Source: Gammaproteobacteria bacterium (GTDB taxonomy: Bacteria; Pseudomonadota; Gammaproteobacteria; Steroidobacterales; PWYM01). From it: DNA of 64,000 bases. The stretch lies in NCBI GenBank assembly GCA_003567475.1, contig PWZL01000101.1, forward strand, positions 5,644 to 69,643, given 5' to 3'. The position numbers and the translations under genes were made by a program. The notes beneath the pieces were generated by a model. That model worked only from the letters and a program-made list of their open reading frames with translations, made no database searches and was not told the origin of the DNA. This document shows, in pieces, positions 1 through 10,442 of this stretch (the first letter of the stretch is position 1; each line of letters opens with the position of its first letter).

Positions 1-97
1 GGCTGCCGGTCGCCTGCTGGGCCGAAGCGCCCTGGTGAGCACCCGTGCCGGCCAGCGCCACCATGATGGCAAGGCTCAGGGGGGTCTTTCGGATCAT
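1..97 (-). CDS. Exported protein, N-terminal fragment (gene continues past the window start)
   Basis: ATG at 97 (minus) is preceded by AAGGAG. It translates to MIRKTPLSLAIMVALAGTGAHQGASAQQATGS, which is signal-peptide-like. Only 32 codons are visible. Confidence 0.5.
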   Translation of the reverse strand, partial: MIRKTPLSLAIMVALAGTGAHQGASAQQATGS

Positions 98-313
98 TGC
101 ATTCTCCTTCCGACAGGTCATCGAAGGTGGTAAAAAAAATACAGTCGCTTGCGGTTCCTGCGGCAGCGCCGGCCAGAATGGCCGCAACACGACCCTGGAT
201 CTACCATAAGGCCTTCTGTCGGCGTTGTCACCAAACAACGACCGCAGGCCCACACGGCATGAACGGTTCCGGCCGGAGACCGTCGATGACCTCTCCGCTG
301 CATCGCAGCAAAA

Positions 314-775
314 TCAGGCACCTACGAAATCCTGCTGGCGCCAGGCCTCGTAAACCGCGATCGCCACGGCATTGGAAAGATTCAGGCTGCGCACGCCAGG
401 ACGCATGGGAATGCGCAGCGCCGCCGTGACGGCCGGGTGCCGGAGCACTTCGGCGGGCAGGCCGCGGGTCTCGGCACCGAACAGCAGCGCGTCGCCCGGC
501 TGCCAGCGCACTGTGGCATGGGAATCGCTGGCATGCGCGGAAAAGGCGAACAGCCGGCCAGGCCTCGCGGCGGCAAGACAGGCTGCAAGGGAGTCATGCA
601 CGGCCAGGCGAGTGTACTCGTGGTAGTCCAGACCCGCGCGACGCAGGCGGGGCGCATCGAGTTCGAAGCCCAGCGGGCGGATCAGGTGCAAGGCGCAGCC
701 CGTGTTGGCGCACAGGCGGATGACGTTTCCCGTGTTCGGCGGGATCTCGGGCTGATGGAGAATGACGGTGAACAC
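314..775 (-). CDS. trmL: tRNA (cytidine/uridine-2'-O)-methyltransferase TrmL (SpoU/TrmH family)
   Basis: Motifs EIPPNTGNVIRLCANTG, RRAGLDYH, FGAETRGLP, LNLSNAVAIAVYEAWRQ align with E. coli TrmL/YibK along the whole length. GTG at 775 gives 153 aa, versus 178 aa for the track ORF starting at 850. Confidence 0.85.
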   Translation of the reverse strand: MFTVILHQPEIPPNTGNVIRLCANTGCALHLIRPLGFELDAPRLRRAGLDYHEYTRLAVHDSLAACLAAARPGRLFAFSAHASDSHATVRWQPGDALLFGAETRGLPAEVLRHPAVTAALRIPMRPGVRSLNLSNAVAIAVYEAWRQQDFVGA

Positions 776-867
776 GTGGATAGGCTCCGGATGAAGGGGA
801 CTGGCGCTCGTGTCGCGAGCCGGCCAGCGCGATAGAATGCAGCCTGCCATCGACCGCGAGCATCACA

Positions 868-1809
868 GTGACCGCTGAGACCGACACGCCGCTTGCTTTT
901 GACTTCTGTGGGCTGCCGTTCGCCTCGCCGATCGTGCTGCTCTCGGGCTGCGTGGGCTTCGGCGAGGAATATACCCGGGTGGCGGGATTCTCCAACCGCG
1001 ACGTCGGCGGCATCGTACTCAAGGGCACGACCGGCGCGCCACGGCTCGGCAACCCGCCCCATCGGATCTACGAGACGGCCTCAGGCATGCTCAACGCCAT
1101 CGGCCTGCAGAACCCCGGTGTAGACGTCGTCGTGCGCGAGATCCTGCCGACACTGGACTTCAGCGAGACCCGATTCATTGCCAACGTCTGCGGTTCGACT
1201 ATCGATGAATACGCCGAGGTGACACGGCGCTTCGACGACTCGCCGATCGACGCCATGGAGATCAACATCTCCTGCCCGAACGTGAAGGAGGGTGGCGTGC
1301 AGTTCGGCAACTACCCGGAGATGTCGGCACGCGTGGTCGCCGCCTGCCGGGCGGAGACGGCCAAGCCGATCATCGCCAAGCTCTCGCCGAACCAGACCGA
1401 CATCCGCGAGAACGCGCGGCTGTGCATCGAGGCCGGTGCCGACGCGCTGGCGGTGATCAACACCATTACCGGTATGGCGATTGACGTCGACTCCCGTCGG
1501 CCGGTGATCGGTAACGTGCAGGGCGGGCTGTCCGGCCCGGCAATCAAACCGATCGCCCTGCTGAAAGTGTTTCAGGTCAGCGAGGTGGCGCGCCGACATG
1601 GCGTGCCGATCATCGGGCAAGGCGGCATCCACACAGCCAAAGACGCTCTGGAATTCCTCATCGCCGGCGCCAGTGCCGTCGGCGTGGGCACGGCACTGTT
1701 TTACGATCCGCTGCTCTGTCGCAAGATCAACACCGGGATCACCGCGTATCTGCGCCAGCATGGGATGGGCTCGGTCACCGAGCTTGTCGGCAGCCTGAAT
1801 ACGCCCTGA
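868..1809 (+). CDS. pyrD: Dihydroorotate dehydrogenase, class 1 (1B-like catalytic subunit)
   Basis: Motifs LPFASPIVLLSGCVGFGEEY, NAIGLQNPGVD, EINISCPNVKEGG, GGLSGPAIKPIAL, IIGQGGI are typical of class-1 DHOD. GTG start. No pyrK-like partner is adjacent. Confidence 0.75.
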   Translation: MTAETDTPLAFDFCGLPFASPIVLLSGCVGFGEEYTRVAGFSNRDVGGIVLKGTTGAPRLGNPPHRIYETASGMLNAIGLQNPGVDVVVREILPTLDFSETRFIANVCGSTIDEYAEVTRRFDDSPIDAMEINISCPNVKEGGVQFGNYPEMSARVVAACRAETAKPIIAKLSPNQTDIRENARLCIEAGADALAVINTITGMAIDVDSRRPVIGNVQGGLSGPAIKPIALLKVFQVSEVARRHGVPIIGQGGIHTAKDALEFLIAGASAVGVGTALFYDPLLCRKINTGITAYLRQHGMGSVTELVGSLNTP

Positions 1810-1950
1810 GGGCGGGATACGCGAGGGGGCGGGTCGTGGACCGCGCGCCGGGAAGCTGCGGTCAACGGCTCAACCAGCGCAATGGCGGCCCACTTCAGCG
1901 GCGTAGCGAGGCCCTCCTTGAGCGCTGGGTCGTGTTCCGCAGGGCTCTGG

Positions 1951-2340
1951 CTAGGGGCGGTGTATGGCACAGAGTTTATGCCCGTCGGGGTCGCGAACAT
2001 AGGCCAGACACAGGGCCCCCATCGAGCTCTGCCGAAGGCCAGGCGGATCCTCGATCGAGCGGCCTCCGTGGGCGATGGCCGTGTCGTGGAACGCACGCAC
2101 CGTCTCCGGCGAGCTGCATTTGAGGCCTAGCGTGAAGCCGTTGGCCACGGTCGCAGGTTCGCCATTGATGGGCTCGGTCACGCAAAGGACGCCATCTGCG
2201 TGCCGGTAGAACAGCCGGAGATGACCCGTAGGTGCCTCGTTGCGGATAGGCTCCCCGACGCCGAGCGTCCCGAGGACGGCGTCGTAGAACCGCTTGGAGC
2301 GCTCGATATCGTTCGAGCCGATCATGACATGATTGAACAT
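1951..2340 (-). CDS. VOC (glyoxalase/bleomycin-resistance/dioxygenase) family protein
   Basis: MFNHVMIGSNDIERSKRFYDAVLG ... VRDPDGHKL is the typical VOC fold signature. ATG at 2340 is preceded by GGAGAA. The track ORF extends to 2406 without support. Confidence 0.75.
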   Translation of the reverse strand: MFNHVMIGSNDIERSKRFYDAVLGTLGVGEPIRNEAPTGHLRLFYRHADGVLCVTEPINGEPATVANGFTLGLKCSSPETVRAFHDTAIAHGGRSIEDPPGLRQSSMGALCLAYVRDPDGHKLCAIHRP

Positions 2341-2510
2341 GGTGAGTTTCTCCGAACCTTCAACAGGCCTGCAGGTGCACGCAACCCACCGTACCCAGCG
2401 GGTCAATCGTCTGCAACGTCTCGCTGGACCCTGCCGCCAGGACTTGGCGGTAGGGTGGCCGACGCCGCCGGGCGCAGACGCTCGATCAGCCCGGCGGCCT
2501 GGGCAATGCG

Positions 2511-3905
2511 CTAGTCGAGCCCGAGCTCACGCATTTTTCGCGTCAGGGTGTTTCTTCCCCAGCCGAGCAGGCGCGCCGCGTCCTGACGACGGCCTCGAAC
2601 CTGCTGCAGGGTCACGCGGATCAGCGTGCGTTCGAGGGCGGGCAGGGCGTCGTTCAGCAGGCCGGTCTGACCCGCCCCCAAGGCGGCCTCCGCCCAGGCC
2701 GCGAGCCCCTCGGTCCAGTCTGTCGCGCGAGTGTCCTCATCCTGACCGCCGAATTCTGCGGGAATGTCTTCGGCGCGAATCTCGCTGCCAGGCGCGAGCA
2801 CGGTCAGGCGCCGGCAGGCGTTGACCAGTTCGCGGACATTGCCCGGCCAGTCGAAGGCGCTCAACGCGCGCTCGGCCTCGAGCGACAGGCGTTTCGGCGC
2901 ACAACTGAGCTCGTCGGCCGCTCGCGCCAGGTAGTGTCGGAGCAATGCCGGAATATCCTGGCGTCGGGCGCGCAGCGGTGGCACCTCGATGCGCATGACA
3001 TTCAGACGATGGAACAGGTCCTCGCGGAACAGGCCGTCTGCCACCGCGCGGGCGAGGTCGCGGTGAGTCGCCGCGATCACCCGCACGTCGACCTTGATCG
3101 CGGTCTGGCCGCCGACCCGGTAGAACTCGCGCTCGGCCAGAACGCGCAGCAGCCGCGTCTGCAGCGCCGGCGACATATCGCCGATCTCATCGAGGAACAA
3201 GGTCCCACCATCGGCTTGCTCGAATCGGCCGATACGCCGCGAGTCCGCACCGGTGAACGCACCCTTCTCGTGACCGAACAGCTCGGACTCCAGGAGCTCG
3301 GAGGGGATGGCGGAGGTGTTCAGTGCGATGAACGGCGCCGCAGCTCGCGGACTGTTGTCGTGCAGTGCGCGGGCGACCAGTTCCTTGCCGGTGCCGGATT
3401 CGCCGGTGATGAGCACGGTCATCGTGGCATTGGCCAGCCGGCCGATGGCGCGGAAGACATCCTGCATGGCCGGTGCACGGCCGATGATCGACGGATAGCC
3501 CGTGGCCGGCTCGCCGCTGTCAGCGCCCCCGTTGCCGGCGGCGGCAGCGCGCTGGACCAGCTCGACAGCCTCATCGATATCGAAGGGTTTGGGCAGATAT
3601 TCGAAGGCACCGCCGCGGTAGGCCGAGACCGCGCTGTCCAGATCCGAGTAGGCGGTGACGACGATCACCGGGAAGCGGTGGCGCTCCCGCTGCAGCCGCT
3701 CCATCAGCGCCAGGCCACTCATGTCGGGCATGCGGATGTCGGTGACCAGCACGTCCGGGCTGTCATCAGCAAGCGCCGCGAGCAGCGCATCGGCGCGCTC
3801 GAAGGCCCGCGGGGTCATGCCGGCCTGTTCCAACGCGCGGGTCAGGACCCAACGCACGGATTCGTCATCGTCGACCACCCAGACGTGCAGGGATTCAGTG
3901 CTCAT
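2511..3905 (-). CDS. ntrC: Nitrogen regulation protein NR(I), sigma54-dependent response regulator NtrC
   Basis: Receiver domain ([23 protein letters not shown]), AAA+ sigma54-activator core ([29 protein letters not shown]) and a C-terminal HTH. Its start overlaps the ntrB stop by 11 nt. Confidence 0.92.
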   Translation of the reverse strand: MSTESLHVWVVDDDESVRWVLTRALEQAGMTPRAFERADALLAALADDSPDVLVTDIRMPDMSGLALMERLQRERHRFPVIVVTAYSDLDSAVSAYRGGAFEYLPKPFDIDEAVELVQRAAAAGNGGADSGEPATGYPSIIGRAPAMQDVFRAIGRLANATMTVLITGESGTGKELVARALHDNSPRAAAPFIALNTSAIPSELLESELFGHEKGAFTGADSRRIGRFEQADGGTLFLDEIGDMSPALQTRLLRVLAEREFYRVGGQTAIKVDVRVIAATHRDLARAVADGLFREDLFHRLNVMRIEVPPLRARRQDIPALLRHYLARAADELSCAPKRLSLEAERALSAFDWPGNVRELVNACRRLTVLAPGSEIRAEDIPAEFGGQDEDTRATDWTEGLAAWAEAALGAGQTGLLNDALPALERTLIRVTLQQVRGRRQDAARLLGWGRNTLTRKMRELGLD

Positions 3906-4992
3906 ATGCAGCCTCCTCATGGATCGGCAGGCCCACGCGGAACACCGTGCGCCCCGGCCGGCTGTCGAATTCGATCAGGCCACCGTGCCGGTTCACCAGC
4001 TCCTGCGCGAGCGGCAGACCCAGGCCGGTGCCCGCGTCTCGACCAGTGACAAGCGGATAGAAAATCGTCTCCTGCAACTCCTCGGTGACCCCCGGGCCGT
4101 CATCTTCGATCTCGATGCTTGCGACAAGGCGATGGCGGATGCCGCCGAGGGTGACGTTGCTGCGGGCACGGGTGCGCAGCACGATGGTGCCTGTAGTGCC
4201 GACAGCCTCCAGCGCATTCTTGACCAGGTTCAGGAAGGCCTGGATCATCTGGGAGCGATCGAGGCGCAGCGGCGGGAGACTGGGATCGTAGTCACGCAGC
4301 ACCTGCACATCGGGCGGCGCCTCGGCGGACACGAGGCGATAGACGTGCTGCAGGAGTTCGTGGATGTTGAGCGACTGGGGATCCGGCTGCCGGCCCGGGC
4401 CGAGCAGGTCGTCGACCAGCGTTTTCAGGCGGTCCGCTTCCGCGATGATGACCTGGGTGTATTCCGTGAGCGTGGGGTCCGGCAGGGCGCGCTCGAGCAA
4501 CTGGGCCGCACCGCGCAACCCGCCCAGCGGATTCTTGATCTCGTGGGCGAGTTGGCGAATGATCTGGCGACTCACCTCCCGCTGGGCCCGCAGCATGGCG
4601 TCCCGACGAATCCTCAGTCGCGGCGTTTCATCGTGCAGTTCTATGAGCAGATGCGGGGTATCCCCGTCCTGTCGGGTGACCGGAGTCACCCGACAGTCGA
4701 CCACGGTGGCCTCTCCCCCCACACCCTCGAGCAGGACTTCGCGGCGGGAAAAGGTCTGGTCGGCCGCAGCTGCCCGTGCAAGCAGTGCCGGCAGGGTGTC
4801 GGCGCCAGGACCCAGCAGCTGTCGCAAGGGCTGTCCGAGCGCACGCTGGGTGCTGGTGCCCAGCAGGTCCTCAGCCGCTGCATTCAGGTAAAGCAGTTCA
4901 CCGGTGGCGGTCGCGAGCAGCACGCTGGTGCCCAGGTGATCGAGGAGGGAGAGCAGTTCCGGCGGCGGCGGCCTGTTGAGCGGACGGGCCAT
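3895..4992 (-). CDS. ntrB: Nitrogen regulation sensor histidine kinase NtrB (NR-II)
   Basis: N-terminal PAS-like region, H-box LAHEIKNPLGGLRGAAQLL, and N/G boxes (NLVKNALEA, DDGPGV, GTGLGL). Located directly upstream of ntrC. Confidence 0.9.
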   Translation of the reverse strand: MARPLNRPPPPELLSLLDHLGTSVLLATATGELLYLNAAAEDLLGTSTQRALGQPLRQLLGPGADTLPALLARAAAADQTFSRREVLLEGVGGEATVVDCRVTPVTRQDGDTPHLLIELHDETPRLRIRRDAMLRAQREVSRQIIRQLAHEIKNPLGGLRGAAQLLERALPDPTLTEYTQVIIAEADRLKTLVDDLLGPGRQPDPQSLNIHELLQHVYRLVSAEAPPDVQVLRDYDPSLPPLRLDRSQMIQAFLNLVKNALEAVGTTGTIVLRTRARSNVTLGGIRHRLVASIEIEDDGPGVTEELQETIFYPLVTGRDAGTGLGLPLAQELVNRHGGLIEFDSRPGRTVFRVGLPIHEEAAYEH

Positions 4993-5045
4993 CGGTCAGG
5001 TCCCGGGGCGGCCACAGTCCGCGCTCGGCGGCACCGGGAATGCAA

Positions 5046-5591
5046 CTAGGGGCGTTGGCGCTGAGGCTGCTGGATGGACGTCTGCTGGACGTAGAATGTC
5101 CGCGTCGGGCTCTCGGCGAGGGCTTGGCCGTCGCCGTCTACAATCGTGGCCCGCAGGGTGTGCTCGCCGCGCCAGACCTCCGACAGCTCGAAGGACGTCA
5201 CGCCCGGCGGAAGTGGATCCAGCGCCTGGCCGTCGTAGTACAGCTGCAGGCGATGATCGGCGCGCAGCGCAGGGCGGACGCGTACGCTCACAGTGAGGAT
5301 CCCGCCGATGTTCCAAAGCGTCTCTTCCTGGCCCGGCTGGAGGATATCCAGCGACTCGTAGGCCGGTGCAGGGTCCGTGGTCGGGGTGGCGGGTGTTGCA
5401 GGACGCGGTGCCGGCGGGATCGCGGGCGAGCTGAACCCCGGAGGCTGTCCAAGACGGACTTCCTCGGCGCCCTCGTGAGGACGGTCCGAAAAGTGGACCA
5501 CCCCGTCGTCGTCGACCCAGCGGTACGCCGTACCCTGGCCGAGTGCCACCAGCGACCAGAAGACCAGAACGATGCAGGAAACTGCGCGCAT
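5046..5591 (-). CDS. DUF4124 domain-containing exported protein
   Basis: Signal-like MRAVSCIVLVFWSLVALGQG followed by YRWVDDDGVVHFSDRP (DUF4124 signature). Start taken at ATG 5591; the track ORF extends to 5687 and would overlap the glnA 3' end. Confidence 0.7.
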   Translation of the reverse strand: MRAVSCIVLVFWSLVALGQGTAYRWVDDDGVVHFSDRPHEGAEEVRLGQPPGFSSPAIPPAPRPATPATPTTDPAPAYESLDILQPGQEETLWNIGGILTVSVRVRPALRADHRLQLYYDGQALDPLPPGVTSFELSEVWRGEHTLRATIVDGDGQALAESPTRTFYVQQTSIQQPQRQRP

Positions 5592-5630
5592 GCACGGAGC
5601 ATAGCGCGAACTTCCCCATGGCAACAGCCA

Positions 5631-5659
5631 GGCGGGCACGGCGGGATGCCGTGCCCGCC
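5631..5659 (-). terminator. GC-rich hairpin 5 nt downstream of the glnA stop (terminator/attenuator-like, no U-tract)
   Basis: Perfect 12-bp inverted repeat GGCGGGCACGGC / GCCGTGCCCGCC with a 5-nt loop. It lies between glnA and the DUF4124-ntrBC genes. Confidence 0.4.
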
Positions 5660-5664
5660 ATCGC

Positions 5665-7074
5665 TTACAGGCTGTAGTAGAGGTCAAACTCGACCGGGTG
5701 GGTCGTCATCCGCAGACGCTGCACGTCGGCGCTCTTCAGTGCGATGTAGCCATCGATGAGTTCATCGGTCATGACATCGCCCTGCTTGAGGAACTCCCGG
5801 TCTTTGTCGAGGGCTTCGAGGGACTGGTCGAGTGAGAAGCAGACCGTCGCCAGATCCTTCTCCTCCTCGGGGGGGAGATAGTAGAGGTCCTTGTCCATGG
5901 CATCGCCCGGATGGATCTTGTTGCGGATGCCGTCCAGGCCGGCCATCAGCAGTGCCGTGAAGGCGTAGTACGGGTTGGCGGTGGAGTCAGGGAAGCGCAC
6001 TTCAATGCGGCGGGCCTTCGGATTGGCGATGTAGGGCACGCGGATCGAGGCGGAGCGGTTGCGCGCGGAGTAGGCCAGGATCACCGGGGCCTCGAAGCCG
6101 GGCACCAGGCGCTTGTAGCTGTTGGTGCTGGCGTTGGTGAAGGCATTGATGGCACGAGCGTGCTTGATGATGCCGCCGATGTAATACAGCGCGGTCTCCG
6201 AGAGGCCACCGTAGCCGTCGCCAGTGAACAGGTTCTTGCCGTCTTTGGCCAGCGACTGGTGGACGTGCATGCCGTTGCCATTATCGCCGACCAGTGGCTT
6301 CGGCATGAAGGTGGCCGTCTTGCCGTAGCTGTGCGCGACGTTCTGCACGACATACTTGAGAATCTGCACTTCGTCGGCTTTCTTGACCAACGAGTTGAAG
6401 CGGGCGCCAATCTCGCACTGCCCGGCGGTCGCCACCTCGTGGTGGTGCACCTCGGTCATCACGCCCATTTCCTCGAGCGCCAGACACATCGCCGAACGGA
6501 TATCGTGCAGTGAATCGACCGGCGGGACGGGGAAGTAGCCGCCCTTGACGGTCGGCCGGTGGCCGAGGTTGCCGTCCGCGAACACCTTCTCGGAGTTCCA
6601 GCCTGCTTCGGAGGAATCAATCTTGTAGTGCGAACCGCTGATGTCAGACGCCCAACGGACGTCATCGAACACGAAGAATTCGTTCTCCGGGCCGAAGAAC
6701 GCGGTGTCGGCAATACCACTGGAGTTCAGGTAGGCCTCGGCGCGCTTGGCGCAGGAGCGAGGATCACGCGCGTAGCCCTGCATGGTGGACGGCTCGATGA
6801 CGTCGCACCGCAGGTTCAGGGTCAACTCCTCGGCGAAGATATCGAGCACCGCCGTCTCGGCGTCGGGCATGAGGATCATGTCGGACTCGTTGATCGCCTT
6901 CCAGCCCGCAATCGACGAGCCGTCGAACATCTTGCCGTCTTCGAACAGCTCTTCATCCACCGTGTGGGCCGGCACGGTGACATGCTGCTCCTTGCCCTTG
7001 GTATCCGTGAACCGCAGGTCAACAAACTTGACCTCTTTTTCCTTCATCATGCCGAGTACTTCAGCGGGACCCAT
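5665..7074 (-). CDS. glnA: Glutamine synthetase, type I
   Basis: Full-length GSI: [16 protein letters not shown], adenylylation-loop region [26 protein letters not shown] at 7074 is preceded by GGAGGA. 469 aa. Confidence 0.96.
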   Translation of the reverse strand: MGPAEVLGMMKEKEVKFVDLRFTDTKGKEQHVTVPAHTVDEELFEDGKMFDGSSIAGWKAINESDMILMPDAETAVLDIFAEELTLNLRCDVIEPSTMQGYARDPRSCAKRAEAYLNSSGIADTAFFGPENEFFVFDDVRWASDISGSHYKIDSSEAGWNSEKVFADGNLGHRPTVKGGYFPVPPVDSLHDIRSAMCLALEEMGVMTEVHHHEVATAGQCEIGARFNSLVKKADEVQILKYVVQNVAHSYGKTATFMPKPLVGDNGNGMHVHQSLAKDGKNLFTGDGYGGLSETALYYIGGIIKHARAINAFTNASTNSYKRLVPGFEAPVILAYSARNRSASIRVPYIANPKARRIEVRFPDSTANPYYAFTALLMAGLDGIRNKIHPGDAMDKDLYYLPPEEEKDLATVCFSLDQSLEALDKDREFLKQGDVMTDELIDGYIALKSADVQRLRMTTHPVEFDLYYSL

Positions 7075-7153
7075 GGTTATTTCCTCCAATGTGAATGCTT
7101 TTATCGTGGCAAAGGGACGGCCGGTGGGCCGGGCACCTCGGGCACTCAAAGAG

Positions 7154-7169
7154 TGCATGGATCATGCCA
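7154..7169 (-). promoter_or_regulatory. Candidate sigma54 (-24/-12) promoter of glnA
   Basis: The minus strand reads TGGCATGATCCATGCA. The GG and GC dinucleotides are spaced exactly as in the consensus TGGCAC-N5-TTGCA. It lies about 80 nt upstream of the glnA ATG and downstream of the NtrC-type sites. Confidence 0.55.
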
Positions 7170-7210
7170 GTGCACGATTCAGGCTATCTGTCTGATTCTC
7201 GGTGTCGATG

Positions 7211-7248
7211 GCGCACCATCGGTGCTCATGATGCACCATAGGCGTGCA
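7211..7248. promoter_or_regulatory. Two tandem NtrC-type binding sites (enhancer) upstream of glnA
   Basis: GCGCACCATCGGTGCTC (7211-7227) and TGCACCATAGGCGTGCA (7232-7248) resemble the NtrC consensus TGCACCA-N3-TGGTGCA. Their centres are 21 bp apart and about 75-100 bp upstream of the sigma54 motif. Confidence 0.55.
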
Positions 7249-7407
7249 TCAGCGCTAGAAGATGCTCCACAATAGTGCGTTTTGACGTGGTGGGACCGCT
7301 CCGCAGACGCCGGTATACTGCTGCGGCTTTGCGATCGTCGGCCGCACTCGAGGCGGGCCGGGGAGTTGTGCAGGCTCCGCAGGGCGGAGGCTGCGGGAGA
7401 ACGACAG

Positions 7408-8331
7408 ATGAGCGACCCCGGTCTAGAGGGCGCACCGCGAACCTTTCAGGACTTGATCCTCACGCTGCAGCGGTACTGGGCCGACCAGGGCTGCGTGGTG
7501 CTCCAGCCCTATGACATGGAAATGGGGGCCGGGACGTTCCACGCTGCCACCTTTCTGAGAAGCCTGGGGCCCGAGCCCTGGCGGGCCGCCTATGTCCAGC
7601 CCAGCCGCCGGCCAACCGACGGCCGCTACGGTGAGAACCCGTTCCGGTTGCAGCATTACTACCAGTTCCAGGTCGTGCTGAAGCCCTCACCGGCCGATAT
7701 CGTCGAGCGCTATCTCGCGTCGTTGCGGGCTCTGGGCATCGATCCGCAGGTGCACGACGTGCGCCTGGTCGAAGACAACTGGGAGTCGCCGACACTCGGG
7801 GCATGGGGGCTGGGCTGGGAAATCTGGCTGAACGGCATGGAGGTCACGCAGTTCACCTATTTCCAGCAGGTCGGCGGCCTGGATTGCCGACCGGTCACAG
7901 GCGAAATCACCTACGGCCTTGAGCGGATCGCCATGTACCTGCAGGGGGTGGAGAGCGTTTACGACCTCCGCTGGGCGGACGGCCCGGAAGGTCCGGTGAC
8001 TTACGGTGACGTCTATCACCAGAACGAAGTCGAGCAGTCCCGCTACAACTTCGAGCTGGCCGATACCCGGGGCCTGTTCGCCCGCTTCGACGACAACGAG
8101 GCCGCATGCGAGGCGCTGGTGGCGCAAGGGCTGGCGCTGCCCGCCTACGAACAGGTGCTCAAGGCATCGCATCATTTCAACCTGCTCGATGCGCGCCGGG
8201 CGATCTCGGTCACCGAGCGTCAGCGCTACATCCTGCGCGTTCGGGCGATGGCCAGGGCCGTGGCTCAGCGCTATTACGACAGTCGCGAAGCCCTGGGCTT
8301 TCCGATGCTGAAGGTGGCCTCGCATGACTGA
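7408..8331 (+). CDS. glyQ: Glycine--tRNA ligase alpha subunit
   Basis: [34 protein letters not shown] and the remaining sequence are highly conserved GlyQ. ATG at 7408 follows GGGAGA; the upstream part of the track ORF is Arg-rich junk. Confidence 0.95.
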   Translation: MSDPGLEGAPRTFQDLILTLQRYWADQGCVVLQPYDMEMGAGTFHAATFLRSLGPEPWRAAYVQPSRRPTDGRYGENPFRLQHYYQFQVVLKPSPADIVERYLASLRALGIDPQVHDVRLVEDNWESPTLGAWGLGWEIWLNGMEVTQFTYFQQVGGLDCRPVTGEITYGLERIAMYLQGVESVYDLRWADGPEGPVTYGDVYHQNEVEQSRYNFELADTRGLFARFDDNEAACEALVAQGLALPAYEQVLKASHHFNLLDARRAISVTERQRYILRVRAMARAVAQRYYDSREALGFPMLKVASHD

Positions 8332-10429
8332 GCGCAGCGTCGAGTCCGCCGATCTGCTGCTGGAGATCGGCACCGAGGAATTGCCACCGCGGGCGCTGGG
8401 TCCACTGGTGACCGCGCTGCGTGAGGGCCTGGGCGCGGCGTTCGCCGAAGCCGGGCTCGCCCATGGCGACATTCGGGAGTACGCCACGCCGCGGCGGCTC
8501 GCACTGGTGGTCGATGCTCTGGCCTGCGCCCAGCCTGATCGTGAGGTGGAAAAGCGCGGGCCGCCCGTGCGTATTGCCTTTGACGCCGAGGGGCAGCCCA
8601 CCCGGGCTGCGCTGGCATTCGCCGAGAGTTGCGGCGTACCGGTGACGGCGCTGGCGCGGTTGGCGACCGAGCGGGGCAGCTGGCTTGTTCACAGGACAGT
8701 GAGCGCTGGCGCCAGCGCGGCGGACCTGCTGCCGGCGATGGTGGCGAGAGTCCTCGAGCAGCTGCCAGTGCCAAAGCGGATGCGCTGGGGAGCAGGCGCT
8801 GCGGAATTCGTCCGGCCAGTTCACTGGATCGTCATGCTGCACGGCTCGGAGATCGTCCCGGGAGAGCTGTTTGATCTGCCGACAGGACGGGTGACCTACG
8901 GCCACCGTTTCATGGCGCCGGGGGCGATCGAACTGGCGACCCCTGGCGAGTATGTGCAGCGTCTCGAAACGGAGGGCCGGGTGGTCGCGGCGTTCTCGGA
9001 ACGCAGGGAACGGCTGCTGGAGGGCTGTGAATCCGCGGCGGCGCAGGTGGGCGGGACGCTGGTCGTCGACGATGCGCTGCTCGATGAAATCACGGCACTG
9101 GTCGAGTGGCCGGTTCCCGTGACCGGGCGCTTCGACCCGGCGTTCCTGGCGCTGCCTGACGAGGTGCTGATCGCCACGCTGCAGGGACACCAGCGTTATC
9201 TGCCGCTGCGGGGCACCGACGGCGCGTTGCTGCCGGCGTTCATCGCGGTGGCCAATATCGAGAGTCTGGCCCCCGACCAGGTGCGCGCCGGTAACGAGCG
9301 GGTGGTCCGCCCGCGGCTGGCGGATGCCGCGTTTTTCTATCGCCAGGACCGGGCGCAGCCACTGGCCGCACGGATCGAGATGCTCGACGCGGTGGTGTTT
9401 CAGCGCGAGCTCGGTTCGGTCAGGGACAAGAGCCTGCGGGTTGCGGCGGCAGCGCACGGCATCGCGCTGGCCACCGGCGGGGACACCGCAATGGCGGAGC
9501 ATGCCGCGCAGCTCGCGAAGTGCGACCTGGTCACCGACATGGTCGGTGAGTTCCCTGAGTTGCAGGGCCGGATGGGTCGGGACTATGCCACCCTCGATGG
9601 AGAACCGGCAGAGGTCGCGGCAGCCCTGGAGGAACAATACCTGCCGCGGTTTGCAGGTGACCGCTTGCCGGCGACGCGCACGGGACAGACGCTTGCCCTG
9701 GCGGACAGGCTCGATACCTTGGCGGGTATTTTTGCGATCGGCCAACGGCCCAGCGGTACCCGTGATCCTTTCGGGTTGCGGCGCGCCGCCGTTGGTCTGC
9801 TGCGCATCCTCATCGAGGGCGAGATCGATCTTGACCTGACCCGCGCGCTGGAAGAGGCGCTGGCGCGGCAGCCCGTCGCCGTAGCACCGGGCCTGGCGGA
9901 CGAGGTGTACGACTACATCATGGAGCGTTTGCGCGCTTATTACGTGGATCATCCGCCGGGTACGGCCGTCACGGCTGAAATGCTCGACGCCGTAGTGGCC
10001 ATGCGTCCGGCCTCACCGCTGGATGCCCACCGGCGGCTGGCGGCACTCGGGCGGTTCCTGCAGCAGGAGGCCGCAGCCAGCCTTGCAGCGGCGAACAAAC
10101 GCGTGGCGAACCTGCTGCGCAAGGCATCGGAGGGCGGCGACGCGGTCGCACCCGAGCAGGCCGCGGACAGCACGTCGGCGGATGCCGAGGGCGCACTCGC
10201 CGCGCGGCTGCAGGCCCTTGGGCCGGGCCTCGAGGCGGCAGCGGCGGCACGGGAATACGATCGGCTGTTGGCGCTGCTCGCAGAATTGCGGGAGCCCGTC
10301 GACCAGTTCTTCCAGGACATCATGGTGATGACCGACGATCCGGGGGTCCGCGCGCGCAGGCTCAGGCTGCTCGCCGGGCTGCGCGAGGCATTCTGCCGGG
10401 TCGCCGACTTCAGCAGACTGCCCGGCTAG
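8324..10429 (+). CDS. glyS: Glycine--tRNA ligase beta subunit
   Basis: About 700 aa, [12 protein letters not shown]-terminus, 8-nt overlap with the glyQ stop, classical glyQS operon. Confidence 0.95.
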   Translation: MTERSVESADLLLEIGTEELPPRALGPLVTALREGLGAAFAEAGLAHGDIREYATPRRLALVVDALACAQPDREVEKRGPPVRIAFDAEGQPTRAALAFAESCGVPVTALARLATERGSWLVHRTVSAGASAADLLPAMVARVLEQLPVPKRMRWGAGAAEFVRPVHWIVMLHGSEIVPGELFDLPTGRVTYGHRFMAPGAIELATPGEYVQRLETEGRVVAAFSERRERLLEGCESAAAQVGGTLVVDDALLDEITALVEWPVPVTGRFDPAFLALPDEVLIATLQGHQRYLPLRGTDGALLPAFIAVANIESLAPDQVRAGNERVVRPRLADAAFFYRQDRAQPLAARIEMLDAVVFQRELGSVRDKSLRVAAAAHGIALATGGDTAMAEHAAQLAKCDLVTDMVGEFPELQGRMGRDYATLDGEPAEVAAALEEQYLPRFAGDRLPATRTGQTLALADRLDTLAGIFAIGQRPSGTRDPFGLRRAAVGLLRILIEGEIDLDLTRALEEALARQPVAVAPGLADEVYDYIMERLRAYYVDHPPGTAVTAEMLDAVVAMRPASPLDAHRRLAALGRFLQQEAAASLAAANKRVANLLRKASEGGDAVAPEQAADSTSADAEGALAARLQALGPGLEAAAAAREYDRLLALLAELREPVDQFFQDIMVMTDDPGVRARRLRLLAGLREAFCRVADFSRLPG

Positions 10430-10442
10430 GCGGGGACAGGGC

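Noticed and set aside
133-140. A8/T8 run upstream of the partial gene at the window start, considered as a trmL terminator
   Set aside because: I could not draw a convincing stem immediately upstream of the T-run on the minus strand; only 5-bp imperfect pairings are possible.
5030-5044. GGCAC-N7-TGCA (sigma54-spaced GG/GC) on the plus strand between ntrB and the DUF4124 gene
   Set aside because: It points antisense into the DUF4124 gene and glnA, with no plus-strand gene to serve, and it does not align to the 17-bp NtrC site either. Most likely chance in GC-rich DNA.
7096-7112. Second sigma54-like motif TTGCCACGATAAAAGCA on the minus strand next to glnA
   Set aside because: The invariant GG is GC here. 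The implied transcription start would fall inside the GGAGGA ribosome-binding site (7082-7087). The motif at 7154-7169 fits better.
8210-9952. 580-aa minus-strand ORF
   Set aside because: Antisense to glyS. Low-complexity Arg/Gln/Pro-rich translation with no RBS or domain signature.
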